Assembly (NCBI GenBank): GCA_045537295.1 | Contig: JAZSPG010000070.1 | Location: forward strand, 34,955 to 98,954 | Length of the DNA stretch: 64,000 nucleotides | Reading direction: 5' to 3' | DNA from: Candidatus Scatosoma sp. | GTDB taxonomy: Bacteria > Bacillota > Clostridia > Christensenellales > Borkfalkiaceae | Part shown: one piece after another, positions 9,208-21,012 of the stretch | Layout: every line of letters begins with the position of its first letter | Position numbering within the stretch: the first letter of the stretch is position 1 | The notes under the pieces: generated by a model | What the model was told of the DNA's origin: nothing | Database searches by the model: none | Seen by the model: only the letters and a program-made list of their open reading frames with translations | Program-made: the position numbers and the translations under genes

Positions 9208-9720
9208 TTACAATAAATACAAAAGCGAGCAAAGCGCGCCTAAGACCGCTCCGCCGAGCAAATCGCTCGGATAGTGCAAACCCAGTGCGAAACGGATATA
9301 GCCAAGGAGGGCGGAAAGAACAAGTAAACAAATACCTGCCCACGCCAAATAGGGTAAAACCGTAATCGAAATGACCACCGCCGAGGCGATATGACGCGAA
9401 GGGAAACTTTCCTTATCCTTGCTCTTTTTATGAAAAAGCGGGGATATATTTGCGCCCTGTTCGCTGTACGGGCGCGGGCGGTCCACGATAAGCCGTAACG
9501 CCATTACGCATAAAAGACAAAAGGCGGGTACGAACAAAATTCCGATAAATGCACGATTGTCAAACTTAGAAAAACACGCGTATAACACTAACCCCGCAAA
9601 ACAAGCGAGGTATAAAAGAGGCAAAGCGAAGTTGAGCGCGATAAGCGCGCGCAAAGCTTTGGGTCGGGCGCGGTAAAACCGCGCGTGTTTTTCGTAAAAA
9701 GCGTTATAATCGAAGTTCAT
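9208..9720 (-). CDS. PAP2-family phosphatase (membrane)
   Basis: Acid-phosphatase motifs DRPRP, PSRH and RFALGLHYPSD, with multiple TM helices. ATG 9720 is preferred over TTG 9744. Confidence 0.75.
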   Translation of the reverse strand: MNFDYNAFYEKHARFYRARPKALRALIALNFALPLLYLACFAGLVLYACFSKFDNRAFIGILFVPAFCLLCVMALRLIVDRPRPYSEQGANISPLFHKKSKDKESFPSRHIASAVVISITVLPYLAWAGICLLVLSALLGYIRFALGLHYPSDLLGGAVLGALCSLLYLL

Positions 9721-9726
9721 AGTATT

Positions 9727-9755
9727 AGTATACCATAAAAGCAAAAAAACGGCAA
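9727..9755 (-). promoter_or_regulatory. Extended -10 promoter placed for a leaderless PAP2 mRNA
   Basis: Minus strand TTGCCG-N17-(TGg)TATACT, then 6 nt, then ATG. No SD is present. Confidence 0.45.
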
Positions 9756-9798
9756 GTAAAAAGCAGAGCCTTTCGGAAGGGGGATTCCGAAAGGCTCT
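9756..9798 (-). terminator. Intrinsic terminator of EF-G-like gene
   Basis: 14-bp stem agagcctttcggaa/ttccgaaaggctct followed by a T-run on the minus strand. Confidence 0.85.
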
Positions 9799-9821
9799 TA
9801 TTTTAGACGCTTACAAGGGGG

Positions 9822-11879
9822 TTATTCCTTTTTCGCGTCCGCTATGATTTTATCTACCAACGCAAACGGTACTTCCTCGTAGCCTAAAAATTCGGATACG
9901 AATTTCCCGCTACCGCGCGTGAGTGAGCGGAGTTCCATCGTGTATTCCATAATTTCCGCCAAGGGAATTTCCGCCGTGATAATCGAGGTTTCGCCCTCGG
10001 CGTCCGTACCCATAATACGACCTCTGCGCTTGTTAATATCGCCCATAACGTCGCCGAGATAATCGGACGGAACGGCAATCTTTAAGCGGTGTACAGGTTC
10101 GAGCAGGACGGGTTTTGCGTTCTTCAAACCCTCTTTATACGCGATGGCGGACGCCATCTTAAAGGACAGCTCGTTCGAGTCTACGTCGTGATAACTGCCG
10201 TCGTAAAGCACCGCTTTCACGCCGACGACGGGGTAGCCGGCCAAAGGACCGCTAACCAAACATTCGCGCAAGCCCTTTTCTACGGCGGGGAAGTAGTTTT
10301 TGGGTACTGCACCGCCCACGACCTCTTCTTCAAATACGAAATCTTCTTCCGTGGGCGAGAAACGGATTTTTACGTGACCGTACTGACCGTGACCGCCCGA
10401 TTGCTTTTTATGTTTACCCTCGGCGTCTGCGTTGCCTCTTATCGTTTCTCTGTACGCTACCTTGGGTTTGGAAAGTTTCACGTCCACGCCGTAACGCGCT
10501 TTCACCTTTTTCACGAGCGTTTCAAGCTGGATATCGCCCTGTCCGCCGAGCAAAAGTTCGCCCGTTTCGACGTTCTTTTCGATAGAGAAAGTATAATCTT
10601 CCTCGCGGAGCTTGGCAAGCCCTGCGAACACCTTGTCTTCCTCGCCTTTCTTCTCGCTCGTCACCGCCATAAACAGCGTGGGTTTGGGGAAGTGGATAGG
10701 GGTAAAGCGCACTTTTGCATTCATATCGCAAAGGGTGTCGCCCGTATTGGTGTTGCTAAGTTTATTCACCGCACCGATATCGCCCGCGCAAAGCTCGTCA
10801 ACCGCTTCCATTTTCTTACCGCGAAGCAAATATACCTGTCCGATGCGTTCTTCACATTCGGTATTCGCGTTCCAAACGGTAGAACCGCTCTTTAACACGC
10901 CTCTGAAACTCTTAATATACGAAAGTTTGCCAGAGAAGGGGTCGATAACCGTTTTGAAAACCTGTCCAGCAAACGGCGCGTCCTCGTCCGTACGCAAGGA
11001 AATTACCTTGTCGTTTTGCAAATCTTCCGCCATCGTGTTCAAGCGTTCGCGCGCTTGGGGCATATAGGTTACGATTTCGTTTAACAAATTGATAACGCCT
11101 CTGTTTTGCAACGCCGAACCCGCCATTACGGGAATGGTGTTTACCGACGCGATACCAAGACGGATACCGTGTATCGTTTCTTCGCGGGTCAGCTCGCCCG
11201 TTTCGAAGTATTTATCGAGTAAAAATTCGTCGTTTTCCGCCGCCGTTTCCATAAGGCTGGCTTTCATTTCCTCGACTTGCCCCAACATATCTTCGGGAAT
11301 AGCAATTTCCTGCGGACCGCCGTCCTTGAACAAATACGCGCGTTCTTGCAACGCGTTGATACAGCCCTGCATTTTCCCGTTTTCCATAATCGGAATTTGA
11401 ATAGGCGCTAATTTCCCCGCGTATTTCGCGCGAAGCGCTTGCACCGTACCCAAATAATCCGCGTTTTCCTTGTCCATACCGTTGATAAAAATAATTAACG
11501 GTTTTCCTAATTTCAAGCAGTAATCGACCACCGATTCCGCGCCGATAGGCAACACGCCGTTTGCGCCGATAACGAGTAACGCTCCGCCCGCCGCGCGCAA
11601 GCCCTCGCTTCTCTCGCCCTCAAAATCGTAATAGCCGGGCAAATCCAGCAAGTTCACCTTGACGTCCTTCCAAACGAGGTAGGAACAAGAAGTGTAAATA
11701 GACATCTTCTTGGCTTTTTCCAAATCGTCGAAATCGGAAACTGTCGTACCGTCCAACACCTTACCCTGTCTGTCGATTGCTCCGCCGTTGAAAAGCATAG
11801 CCTCGCAAAGCGTCGTTTTGCCCTCGCCACTGTGACCTACCACCGCAATATTGCGGATGCGTTCCCCTTGAAACTTCAT
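9822..11879 (-). CDS. Elongation factor G-family GTPase (paralogue, outside str operon)
   Basis: 685 aa with G1 GHSGEGKTT, G3 DLPG and G4 NGMD. Length fits five EF-G domains. AAGGGGGA RBS. Confidence 0.9.
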   Translation of the reverse strand: MKFQGERIRNIAVVGHSGEGKTTLCEAMLFNGGAIDRQGKVLDGTTVSDFDDLEKAKKMSIYTSCSYLVWKDVKVNLLDLPGYYDFEGERSEGLRAAGGALLVIGANGVLPIGAESVVDYCLKLGKPLIIFINGMDKENADYLGTVQALRAKYAGKLAPIQIPIMENGKMQGCINALQERAYLFKDGGPQEIAIPEDMLGQVEEMKASLMETAAENDEFLLDKYFETGELTREETIHGIRLGIASVNTIPVMAGSALQNRGVINLLNEIVTYMPQARERLNTMAEDLQNDKVISLRTDEDAPFAGQVFKTVIDPFSGKLSYIKSFRGVLKSGSTVWNANTECEERIGQVYLLRGKKMEAVDELCAGDIGAVNKLSNTNTGDTLCDMNAKVRFTPIHFPKPTLFMAVTSEKKGEEDKVFAGLAKLREEDYTFSIEKNVETGELLLGGQGDIQLETLVKKVKARYGVDVKLSKPKVAYRETIRGNADAEGKHKKQSGGHGQYGHVKIRFSPTEEDFVFEEEVVGGAVPKNYFPAVEKGLRECLVSGPLAGYPVVGVKAVLYDGSYHDVDSNELSFKMASAIAYKEGLKNAKPVLLEPVHRLKIAVPSDYLGDVMGDINKRRGRIMGTDAEGETSIITAEIPLAEIMEYTMELRSLTRGSGKFVSEFLGYEEVPFALVDKIIADAKKE

Positions 11880-11961
11880 AAAATAAATCCCCCTTGTATA
11901 TGGATAGTTTTTTCTTCCCCGACCGCCTGCGTAAAGCCAAGCGACTGAAAAAGTTTGTACT

Positions 11962-11990
11962 ATTATAATATATATTCAAGCAAATTTCAA
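11962..11990 (-). promoter_or_regulatory. Consensus sigma-A promoter of EF-G-like gene
   Basis: Minus strand TTGAAA-N17-TATAAT. Confidence 0.7.
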
Positions 11991-12220
11991 GGGGTTTTTG
12001 AAAAAAAGTTTGTAAAAAAAGGAAATTTTTTTGAAAAAGCGGGCTGTAGACGGCGGGAAAATAAAAAATCGGGCGTAAAAAAGCGGTTTTTCTGCGGGCG
12101 TATTCTTACTTGATAAACCGCCGTTTACGCGAAATTAAGGGCATACAGCGCGAAAAACGGGGTTTTGTGAAAAGAATTTACTTTTTTTTGCGTCATTTGC
12201 TGTACTTTTTAGAAAAATTG

Positions 12221-12229
12221 TGGTATAAT
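12221..12229 (+). promoter_or_regulatory. Extended -10 element upstream of gyrB
   Basis: TGgTATAAT. No good -35 lies at 17 nt. Confidence 0.55.
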
Positions 12230-12239
12230 AGGGTAGTAA

Positions 12240-14210
<1,971 letters not shown>

Positions 14211-14223
14211 GGAGAAAAATGAA

Positions 14224-16857
14224 ATGGCAAAGAAAGATACTAGCCCCGAATTAACCGAGGAATTTAAGAAAACGCTTGCGATGACCAAAATGCTGGACGT
14301 AGAGGTGGACGACGAGTTAAAGCGTTCGTTTATCGCGTACGCAATGGCGGTAAATAAATCGCGTGCTATTCCCGACGTTCGCGACGGGTTAAAACCCGTG
14401 CATAGACGAATACTCTATTCCATGCACGAAATGGGCTTGTACAACGACAAGGCGTTTAGAAAATGCGCCCGTATCGTCGGGGACTGTATGGGTAAATTTC
14501 ACCCCCACGGCGACAGCTCGGTGTACGACGCGCTCGTAAGATTAGCGCAGGATTTCACCATCAATTTCCCGCTCGTTGACGGACACGGTAACTTCGGTTC
14601 GGTGGACGGCGACTCAGCGGCGGCTATGCGTTATACGGAGGCAAGACTTACCAAACTCGCCTCGGAAATGCTTCGCGATTTAGACAAGGAAACGGTAGAT
14701 TTTATCCCCAACTTCGACGGTAGCGAGGAAGAACCCACCGTTTTGCCCGCAAGATATCCAAACCTTCTCGTCAACGGCGCGGACGGTATCGCCGTCGGTA
14801 TGGCGACGAATATCCCGCCCCATAATTTAGCCGAGGTTATCGACGGTACGATTGCAATGATTGACAACCCCGAAATCACGGTGGACGAGCTTATCGAGTA
14901 TATCCCTGCGCCCGATTTTCCCACGGGCGGTGTGATTATGGGCAGGAGCGGTATCCGCCAAGCGTATAGAACGGGACAAGGACATCTCGTCATTCGTTCT
15001 AAATGCGAAATCGAGGAATACGGCACGGGCGCGAATATCCGTTCGCGTATCGTCGTAACCGAAATTCCCTATCAAGTGAATAAAGCACAACTTATCAAGA
15101 CGATTGCCGATATGGTAAACGACAAGCGTTTAGAGGGTATTTCGGATATCCGCGACGAGTCGGATAGGGACGGTATGCGTATCGTCATTGAAGTCAAAAA
15201 GGACGCCAACGCACAGGTCGTTTTGAATACGCTGTATAAAAAGACCAAATTACAAAGCTCGGACGGTATTATCCTGCTTGCGCTCGTAGAAAACGGTACA
15301 GAACCCAAAACGCTCAATCTTCGCGACGTTTTGTATCATTATCTCAACCATCAAAAAGAAGTTATCACGCGCAGAACGCGTTACGATTTGAACAAGACGG
15401 AAGAACGCGCGCATATTATCGCGGGGTTAGTGCTTGCGCTTGCCAACGTAGACGAAGTTATCCGAATTATCAAAGCGTCGGCGGACAAGAACGAGGCGAT
15501 TGCGGGTTTGACGGGTGCGTTCGAATTAGACGAAAAGCAAGCCAACGCCATTTTGGAAATGCGTTTGCAACGGCTCACCTCGCTGGAAGTGGAAAAGCTC
15601 AAAGACGAGCTTACCGCGTTGCAGTTGACGATTGCGGACTTAAAGGACATTCTCGCCAACGAAAGCAGGGTAATGCAAATTATCCGCGACGACTTAACGG
15701 AAATTAAGTCGAAGTACCCCTCGCCCAGAAAAACGGAAATTTCCGTCGATTACGGTAATATCGAGGACGAGGATTTAATCGACAAAGAGGACGTCGTTAT
15801 CTCTATCACGCATTCGGGCTATATCAAGCGTTTGCCCGTCGCGGAATACAAAGCGCAAAACCGCGGTGGCAGAGGGATTACGGGTCATAAACCCAAAGAC
15901 GAGGACTACGTGGAAAAGATGTTCGTTTGTTCCACGCACGACCCTATCTTGCTGTTCTCGTCCAAGGGTAAGGTGTACTCGATTAAGGGCTACGAAATCC
16001 CCGAGGCGAACAGAACGGCAAGGGGCAGAGCGGTGGTGAATATCGTTCAGCTCGACCAAGGCGAAAAGATAGAAACGGTGTTGCCCGTATTAGAAAACGG
16101 CAACGGGTATTTGATAATGGCGACGGAAAAGGGCTTGATTAAAAAGACCTCGACGGACGAATTTAAGCGGATAGCAAGAAACGGTAAAATCGCGATAAAA
16201 TTGCAAGAGGACGACAGGTTGATTGCCGTGCGCTTTGCAACGGGTGAGGACGAAGTACTCGTCGCCTCGCGTGGCGGTAAATGTATCCGTTTCTCCGAAC
16301 AAGACGTGCGCCCCACGGGCAGAGGCACGCAGGGCGTTAAAGCGATTACGCTTGGCAAAGACGATATCGTCGTGGATATGCTTATCGTAGACAAAACGCA
16401 AGATTTGTTCACGCTCACTTCGCTTGGCTACGGCAAGCGTTCGAAGCTCGACGACTACCGTTTGCAAAGCCGTGGCGGTAAGGGTATCAAGGCGGGCGTG
16501 TTCAACGAAAAGACGGGGTATCTCGTCAACTTCAAACCTGTCACCGACGAGAATGATATTATGATTATCACGACGAGCGGTATTATTATCCGTATGCACG
16601 CGGATGCGATAAGCTGTATCGGCAGAGCGACGCGCGGTGTAAGGGTTATGAACGTGAAAGACAGCCTTGTGGCGACGGTAGACGTCACCGAACGCGACGA
16701 CGAGGCGGAAGTCGAAGCACCCGAGGAAACGGCGGACGATTTAAGCCCCGAGGACTTGGTTGGCGAAACGGAAGTCGAAGAGGTAGAAGAAACGACGGTT
16801 TTGGACGAAGAACAAACGAACGAAACCACCGACGATACGCCGAGCGACGAAGAATAA
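14224..16857 (+). CDS. gyrA: DNA gyrase subunit A
   Basis: HPHGDSSVYDA, catalytic-Tyr region AAMRYTEARL, a C-terminal beta-pinwheel and an acidic tail. Confidence 0.97.
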   Translation: MAKKDTSPELTEEFKKTLAMTKMLDVEVDDELKRSFIAYAMAVNKSRAIPDVRDGLKPVHRRILYSMHEMGLYNDKAFRKCARIVGDCMGKFHPHGDSSVYDALVRLAQDFTINFPLVDGHGNFGSVDGDSAAAMRYTEARLTKLASEMLRDLDKETVDFIPNFDGSEEEPTVLPARYPNLLVNGADGIAVGMATNIPPHNLAEVIDGTIAMIDNPEITVDELIEYIPAPDFPTGGVIMGRSGIRQAYRTGQGHLVIRSKCEIEEYGTGANIRSRIVVTEIPYQVNKAQLIKTIADMVNDKRLEGISDIRDESDRDGMRIVIEVKKDANAQVVLNTLYKKTKLQSSDGIILLALVENGTEPKTLNLRDVLYHYLNHQKEVITRRTRYDLNKTEERAHIIAGLVLALANVDEVIRIIKASADKNEAIAGLTGAFELDEKQANAILEMRLQRLTSLEVEKLKDELTALQLTIADLKDILANESRVMQIIRDDLTEIKSKYPSPRKTEISVDYGNIEDEDLIDKEDVVISITHSGYIKRLPVAEYKAQNRGGRGITGHKPKDEDYVEKMFVCSTHDPILLFSSKGKVYSIKGYEIPEANRTARGRAVVNIVQLDQGEKIETVLPVLENGNGYLIMATEKGLIKKTSTDEFKRIARNGKIAIKLQEDDRLIAVRFATGEDEVLVASRGGKCIRFSEQDVRPTGRGTQGVKAITLGKDDIVVDMLIVDKTQDLFTLTSLGYGKRSKLDDYRLQSRGGKGIKAGVFNEKTGYLVNFKPVTDENDIMIITTSGIIIRMHADAISCIGRATRGVRVMNVKDSLVATVDVTERDDEAEVEAPEETADDLSPEDLVGETEVEEVEETTVLDEEQTNETTDDTPSDEE

Positions 16858-16874
16858 TTAAATAAAGCAAAACG

Positions 16875-16916
16875 AAAAAATCGGGGGTTGCGTATTAGGC
16901 GCAACCCCCGATTTTA
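16875..16916. terminator. Bidirectional intrinsic terminator (gyrA / P-type ATPase)
   Basis: tcgggggttgcg-N7-cgcaacccccga flanked by A-run and T-run. Confidence 0.9.
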
Positions 16917-16928
16917 TATGCAAACGAT

Positions 16929-19493
16929 TTATTGTTCGTCGGCGGGATTGATTAAATCGAAGAATTTGATAAGGAAACCCGAAACGGGGAAACTTGCCTG
17001 TACGATAATAATCAAGAGCAAGAGCTGTTGCAAATTGAGCTCAATATTCGACCAACCCTCGAACACAAATTCGCCGACTAAGGGTACGGAAACGACGACG
17101 ACGCACAGGAATGCGGACACGATAAACAGCACCGCGCGCACGATATTAAACGGTTGGCAGATACGGTACAGCATTACCAGACCGCAGAAGGTAAGCGCAA
17201 GCATCATCATTGCCTCGTATTCGGTGGCGACCGTTCCGCCTTGCGTGAACTCGAATTTTTCGGAAAGCGGGGTTTGATGCACGACGTACAAGGTTAAAAT
17301 ACCAAGCGCCATCGTCAGCGCGCCGGGTATGGCTCGGCTTAGTACGTAGGGGATAAACTTGCCTTTGACGCGTTCGGTGTTGGGCTGTAAGGACAAAACG
17401 AACGACGGAATGGCGCTGATAAACATTTCGTACATCAACATATTGCTCGTCGTGAAGAAGTATTCGCTTTTCAAAGCGATACAAACGACGGACAAAACGA
17501 GGGTGAGTAGCGTTTTCATAATATACAGCGAAGACGAGTCTTTAATGTTATTGATAACCCGTCTGCCCTCGTTGACGATTTTGGGCATAGAACCAAAATT
17601 ATTATCTTGTAAAACGAGGTTGGAAACGTTTCTCGCCGCCTCGCTACCCGAGGCTACGGACACTGCGCAATCCGCCTCTTTCATAGCCAAAATATCGTTC
17701 ACGCCGTCGCCCGTCATAGCGACGGTATTGCCCGCCTTTTTAATCGAGCGGATTAAAATCGCCTTTTGTTCGGGTGTAACCCGACCGAATACCGTATACG
17801 CGTTCGCCGCGTTTTCCACTTCCAAATCAGACAAACCTTCCAAGGAAATGAAATGCGAGGCGTTCTTAATTCCCGCTCGGCGCGCCACTTCGGACACCGT
17901 TACGGGATTGTCGCCCGAAATTACTTTCACGGCAACGTCGTTTTCTCTAAACCATTTAATGGTATCAATGGCGTCGGGTCGGATATTGTCCGAAAGGGTG
18001 ATAATAGCCACCGCCTTTGCGCCCACGGGCAGTTTATCGCCTTGTAATTGCCCCGTCGCGTGCGCCACTACCAGCACGCGCAAACCCATTTGCGCGTATT
18101 GCTTGACGATTTTATCTATTTTTACGGGCAGGGGCTTTAACACGAACTCAGGCGCACCCATAATATAAGTACCCGCGCCCTCGAAAGTGACCGCCGAAAG
18201 CTTTCTCGCGGACGAGAACGGCAGGGTGCTGATAGGCTGTAACGCCGAGGAATGTCCAAACCGCTCGTAAAGCGCGATAGAGGTTTGGTTGTTATCGCTA
18301 AGTGATGCGTTAATCGAACCGATAATATCGTCGATACCAAATTCCGAATTATTATTGAGCAAAATGCAGTCGCTTACCTTCATTCTGCCGTCGGTAATCG
18401 TTCCCGTCTTATCTAAACACAAGACGTTGACGCGCGCCAGCATTTCCAAGGAATACATATCTTGTACCAAGGTATTGTATTTGGCAAGCCGAATCATACC
18501 CACCGACAGCGCCACCGTGGTAAGTAGCAACAAGCCCGAGGGTATCATACCGATAACGACGGACGCGGTTTTTTGTATGGTTCCGCTAAGCACGGTATCG
18601 CCTGAGAGCAAGGTTTTCCAAAACCCGCCCGTGACGGCGAGGTCCGCCCATTCCTTGCCCACCGCGCCGAAGTTGGTGAAGAACATCAAAATTGCGACGG
18701 GTACGATAGCCAAACCGATAATTTTAATAAACAGCGTAATCGAGTTCATAATTTCGGAGTTGGGGCGTTTGTACTTCTTCGCGCGCGCCGTGAGCTTGCT
18801 AATATAGGTATTTTCGGCGACCTTATCCACGCGTACCGCGATTTTTCCGCTCGCGACGAACGAACCCGCGTAAATAAAATCCCCGTCCTCTTTTTTGATA
18901 GGTACGGATTCACCCGTCAAAAGCGATTCGTTGAGTTCCGCGTTGCCTTCCACGCAAACACAGTCCGCGGGGACTTGTTGACCCATCGTCAAAATCAAAA
19001 TATCGTCCACGACGATTTGTTCGACGGGGATATCCAAGCGTTCCCCGCCTCGCACGACTTTTGCGGTAGGGGAGGACAAAATCGCAAGCTTATCTATTTT
19101 GCGTTTCGCGCGGATTTCCTGAAAAATACTCACGAAAATATTGCAAAGGAAAATACCCACGAACAAGAACTGCGATAAAGGCGCGCGCGCCAAAGCGAGC
19201 GCAAGCGCCGCAATCAAACAAAGCAAGTTGAAAAAGGTGCAAATATTCCCGATAAAAATACTACGGTAGGTTTTGGAATATTTTTTCGCCGTTCTGTTCA
19301 CCAAGCCCTGCGCAATCCGTTCTTCCACTTGTTTCGCGGAAAGCCCCTCGTTCGCGTCCGCGTTAAAACGGCGCACGTTAACCTGCGCTTGCGTTGGTTT
19401 ATTCTTTTTCAAAAAGGAAAATACCCCCTGTTTTTCCGTTTGCAACGGTTTTTCGGTTGTGTTTTCCGTTTCCAAGGTATTGTTTTTTGCCAT
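16929..19493 (-). CDS. Cation-transporting P-type ATPase
   Basis: Motifs LTGESVP, CLDKTGTITDG and MTGDGVNDILAMKEA, with about 10 TM helices. ATG 19493 has GAGG 6 nt upstream (ATG 19505 is an alternative). Confidence 0.9.
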   Translation of the reverse strand: MAKNNTLETENTTEKPLQTEKQGVFSFLKKNKPTQAQVNVRRFNADANEGLSAKQVEERIAQGLVNRTAKKYSKTYRSIFIGNICTFFNLLCLIAALALALARAPLSQFLFVGIFLCNIFVSIFQEIRAKRKIDKLAILSSPTAKVVRGGERLDIPVEQIVVDDILILTMGQQVPADCVCVEGNAELNESLLTGESVPIKKEDGDFIYAGSFVASGKIAVRVDKVAENTYISKLTARAKKYKRPNSEIMNSITLFIKIIGLAIVPVAILMFFTNFGAVGKEWADLAVTGGFWKTLLSGDTVLSGTIQKTASVVIGMIPSGLLLLTTVALSVGMIRLAKYNTLVQDMYSLEMLARVNVLCLDKTGTITDGRMKVSDCILLNNNSEFGIDDIIGSINASLSDNNQTSIALYERFGHSSALQPISTLPFSSARKLSAVTFEGAGTYIMGAPEFVLKPLPVKIDKIVKQYAQMGLRVLVVAHATGQLQGDKLPVGAKAVAIITLSDNIRPDAIDTIKWFRENDVAVKVISGDNPVTVSEVARRAGIKNASHFISLEGLSDLEVENAANAYTVFGRVTPEQKAILIRSIKKAGNTVAMTGDGVNDILAMKEADCAVSVASGSEAARNVSNLVLQDNNFGSMPKIVNEGRRVINNIKDSSSLYIMKTLLTLVLSVVCIALKSEYFFTTSNMLMYEMFISAIPSFVLSLQPNTERVKGKFIPYVLSRAIPGALTMALGILTLYVVHQTPLSEKFEFTQGGTVATEYEAMMMLALTFCGLVMLYRICQPFNIVRAVLFIVSAFLCVVVVSVPLVGEFVFEGWSNIELNLQQLLLLIIIVQASFPVSGFLIKFFDLINPADEQ

Positions 19494-19525
19494 AAATCGC
19501 CTCATAAAACGAATATATTGATACT

Positions 19526-19554
19526 ATTATAACATACCTGCGTGAAAAATACAA
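19526..19554 (-). promoter_or_regulatory. Sigma-A promoter of P-type ATPase gene
   Basis: Minus strand TTGTAT-N17-(TGt)TATAAT. Confidence 0.6.
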
Positions 19555-19604
19555 GTTTTTTAAGGAATTTTTAGAGGAAAATGGCGCGTCCGCTTTGCAT
19601 TTAA

Positions 19605-19633
19605 TTGCTTTTCCTTGAAAAAAGTTGTATAAT
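19605..19633 (+). promoter_or_regulatory. Sigma-A promoter of serS
   Basis: TTGCTT-N17-TATAAT about 35 nt before the serS start. There is no room for a T-box leader. Confidence 0.6.
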
Positions 19634-19668
19634 AGGAAAAACGAAAGAAAGTTAGGAGCAGTAAACAA

Positions 19669-20958
19669 ATGATTGACATCAATCTTATTCGTACCAACGC
19701 GGAACTCGTAAAAGAAAATATCCGTAAAAAATTCCAAGACCACAAGCTTCCGCTCGTGGATAAAGCGTTGGAATTAGACGCAAAACGCCGTGCGCTTATC
19801 GCAGAGGGCGACGCGCTTCGCGCTTCCCGTAACACCTTATCTAAGCAAGTGGGCTTGCTGATGAAAGAGGGGAAGAGGGACGAGGCGGAAAGCGTGAAAG
19901 CGCAGGTGAAAGCCAACGCCGACAGACTGCTTGCTATCGAGGCGGAAACGGCAGAAGTCGAAACCGCGCTCAAAAAGACGATGATGAGTATTCCGAATAT
20001 TATCGCCGACGACGTGCCTATCGGAAAAGACGATAGCGAAAACGTAGAGTTGCAACGCTTCGGTGAAGCGAAAACGCCTGATTTTGAAGTACCCTATCAT
20101 TTGGATATTTTAGAGAAATTAGACGGTATCGACGTGGATTCGGCGCGCCGTACCTCAGGGCAAGGCTTTTACTATCTCACGGGCGATATCGCTCGGCTTC
20201 ATTCGGCGGTGCTTACCTACGCGCGCGATTTTATGATTGACAAGGGCTTTACCTACGTCATTCCGCCGTATATGATTCACGGCGACGTCGTTTCGGGCGT
20301 GATGAGCTTTGACGAAATGGAAAATATGATGTACAAAATCGAGGGCGAGGACTTATACCTTATCGGTACGAGCGAACACTCTATGATAGGTAGATTTATG
20401 GGTCAGATTATCGACGGTAATAAATTACCCTTAGCGCTTACTAGCTATTCGCCCTGTTTCCGTAAAGAAAAGGGTGCGCACGGTATTGAGGAACGCGGTA
20501 TTTACCGTATTCACCAGTTCGAAAAGCAAGAAATGATAGTCGTTTGCCGACCCGAAGAGAGCGAGGCTTGGTATGAAAAGCTTTGGAGCTATACGGTAGA
20601 GCTGTTCCGTTCGTTAGATATCCCCGTCAGACAGCTGGGTTGCTGTTCGGGCGATTTGGCGGACTTGAAATACAAGAGCTGTGACGTTGAGGCTTGGAGC
20701 CCCCGTCAGCAAAAATATTTCGAGGTCGGCTCGTGTTCCAACCTCACGGACGCGCAGGCAAGACGGCTGGCAATCCGCTATAAAGACGCGGACGGCAAGG
20801 TAAAGCTCGCGCATACCTTAAACAACACGGTGGTTGCACCGCCCCGTATGCTGATAGCGTTCGTGGAAAACCATTTGCAAGCGGACGGGAGCGTCGTAAT
20901 TCCCAAGGCTTTGCAGGCGTATATGGGCGGTAAGCAGGTAATTACCCCGAAAAATTAA
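19669..20958 (+). CDS. serS: Seryl-tRNA synthetase
   Basis: 429 aa with an N-terminal coiled-coil arm and a class II core (FRKEKGAHG, GTSEH, NNTVVAPPR). Confidence 0.95.
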   Translation: MIDINLIRTNAELVKENIRKKFQDHKLPLVDKALELDAKRRALIAEGDALRASRNTLSKQVGLLMKEGKRDEAESVKAQVKANADRLLAIEAETAEVETALKKTMMSIPNIIADDVPIGKDDSENVELQRFGEAKTPDFEVPYHLDILEKLDGIDVDSARRTSGQGFYYLTGDIARLHSAVLTYARDFMIDKGFTYVIPPYMIHGDVVSGVMSFDEMENMMYKIEGEDLYLIGTSEHSMIGRFMGQIIDGNKLPLALTSYSPCFRKEKGAHGIEERGIYRIHQFEKQEMIVVCRPEESEAWYEKLWSYTVELFRSLDIPVRQLGCCSGDLADLKYKSCDVEAWSPRQQKYFEVGSCSNLTDAQARRLAIRYKDADGKVKLAHTLNNTVVAPPRMLIAFVENHLQADGSVVIPKALQAYMGGKQVITPKN

Positions 20959-20961
20959 CGC

Positions 20962-20988
20962 AAAAAGACCGCATAGGCGGTCTTTTTC
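20962..20988 (+). terminator. Intrinsic terminator of serS
   Basis: agaccgc-atag-gcggtct followed by ttttt. Confidence 0.9.
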
Positions 20989-21012
20989 AAGGAAATTCGC
21001 AAGGAAAATATA

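Noticed and set aside
19506-19668. Expected T-box leaders upstream of serS (and of metG at 3479-3605)
   Set aside because: The promoter-to-start distances are only about 30-35 nt, and no AGGGTGGNACCGCG-type T-box sequence or terminator/antiterminator is present.
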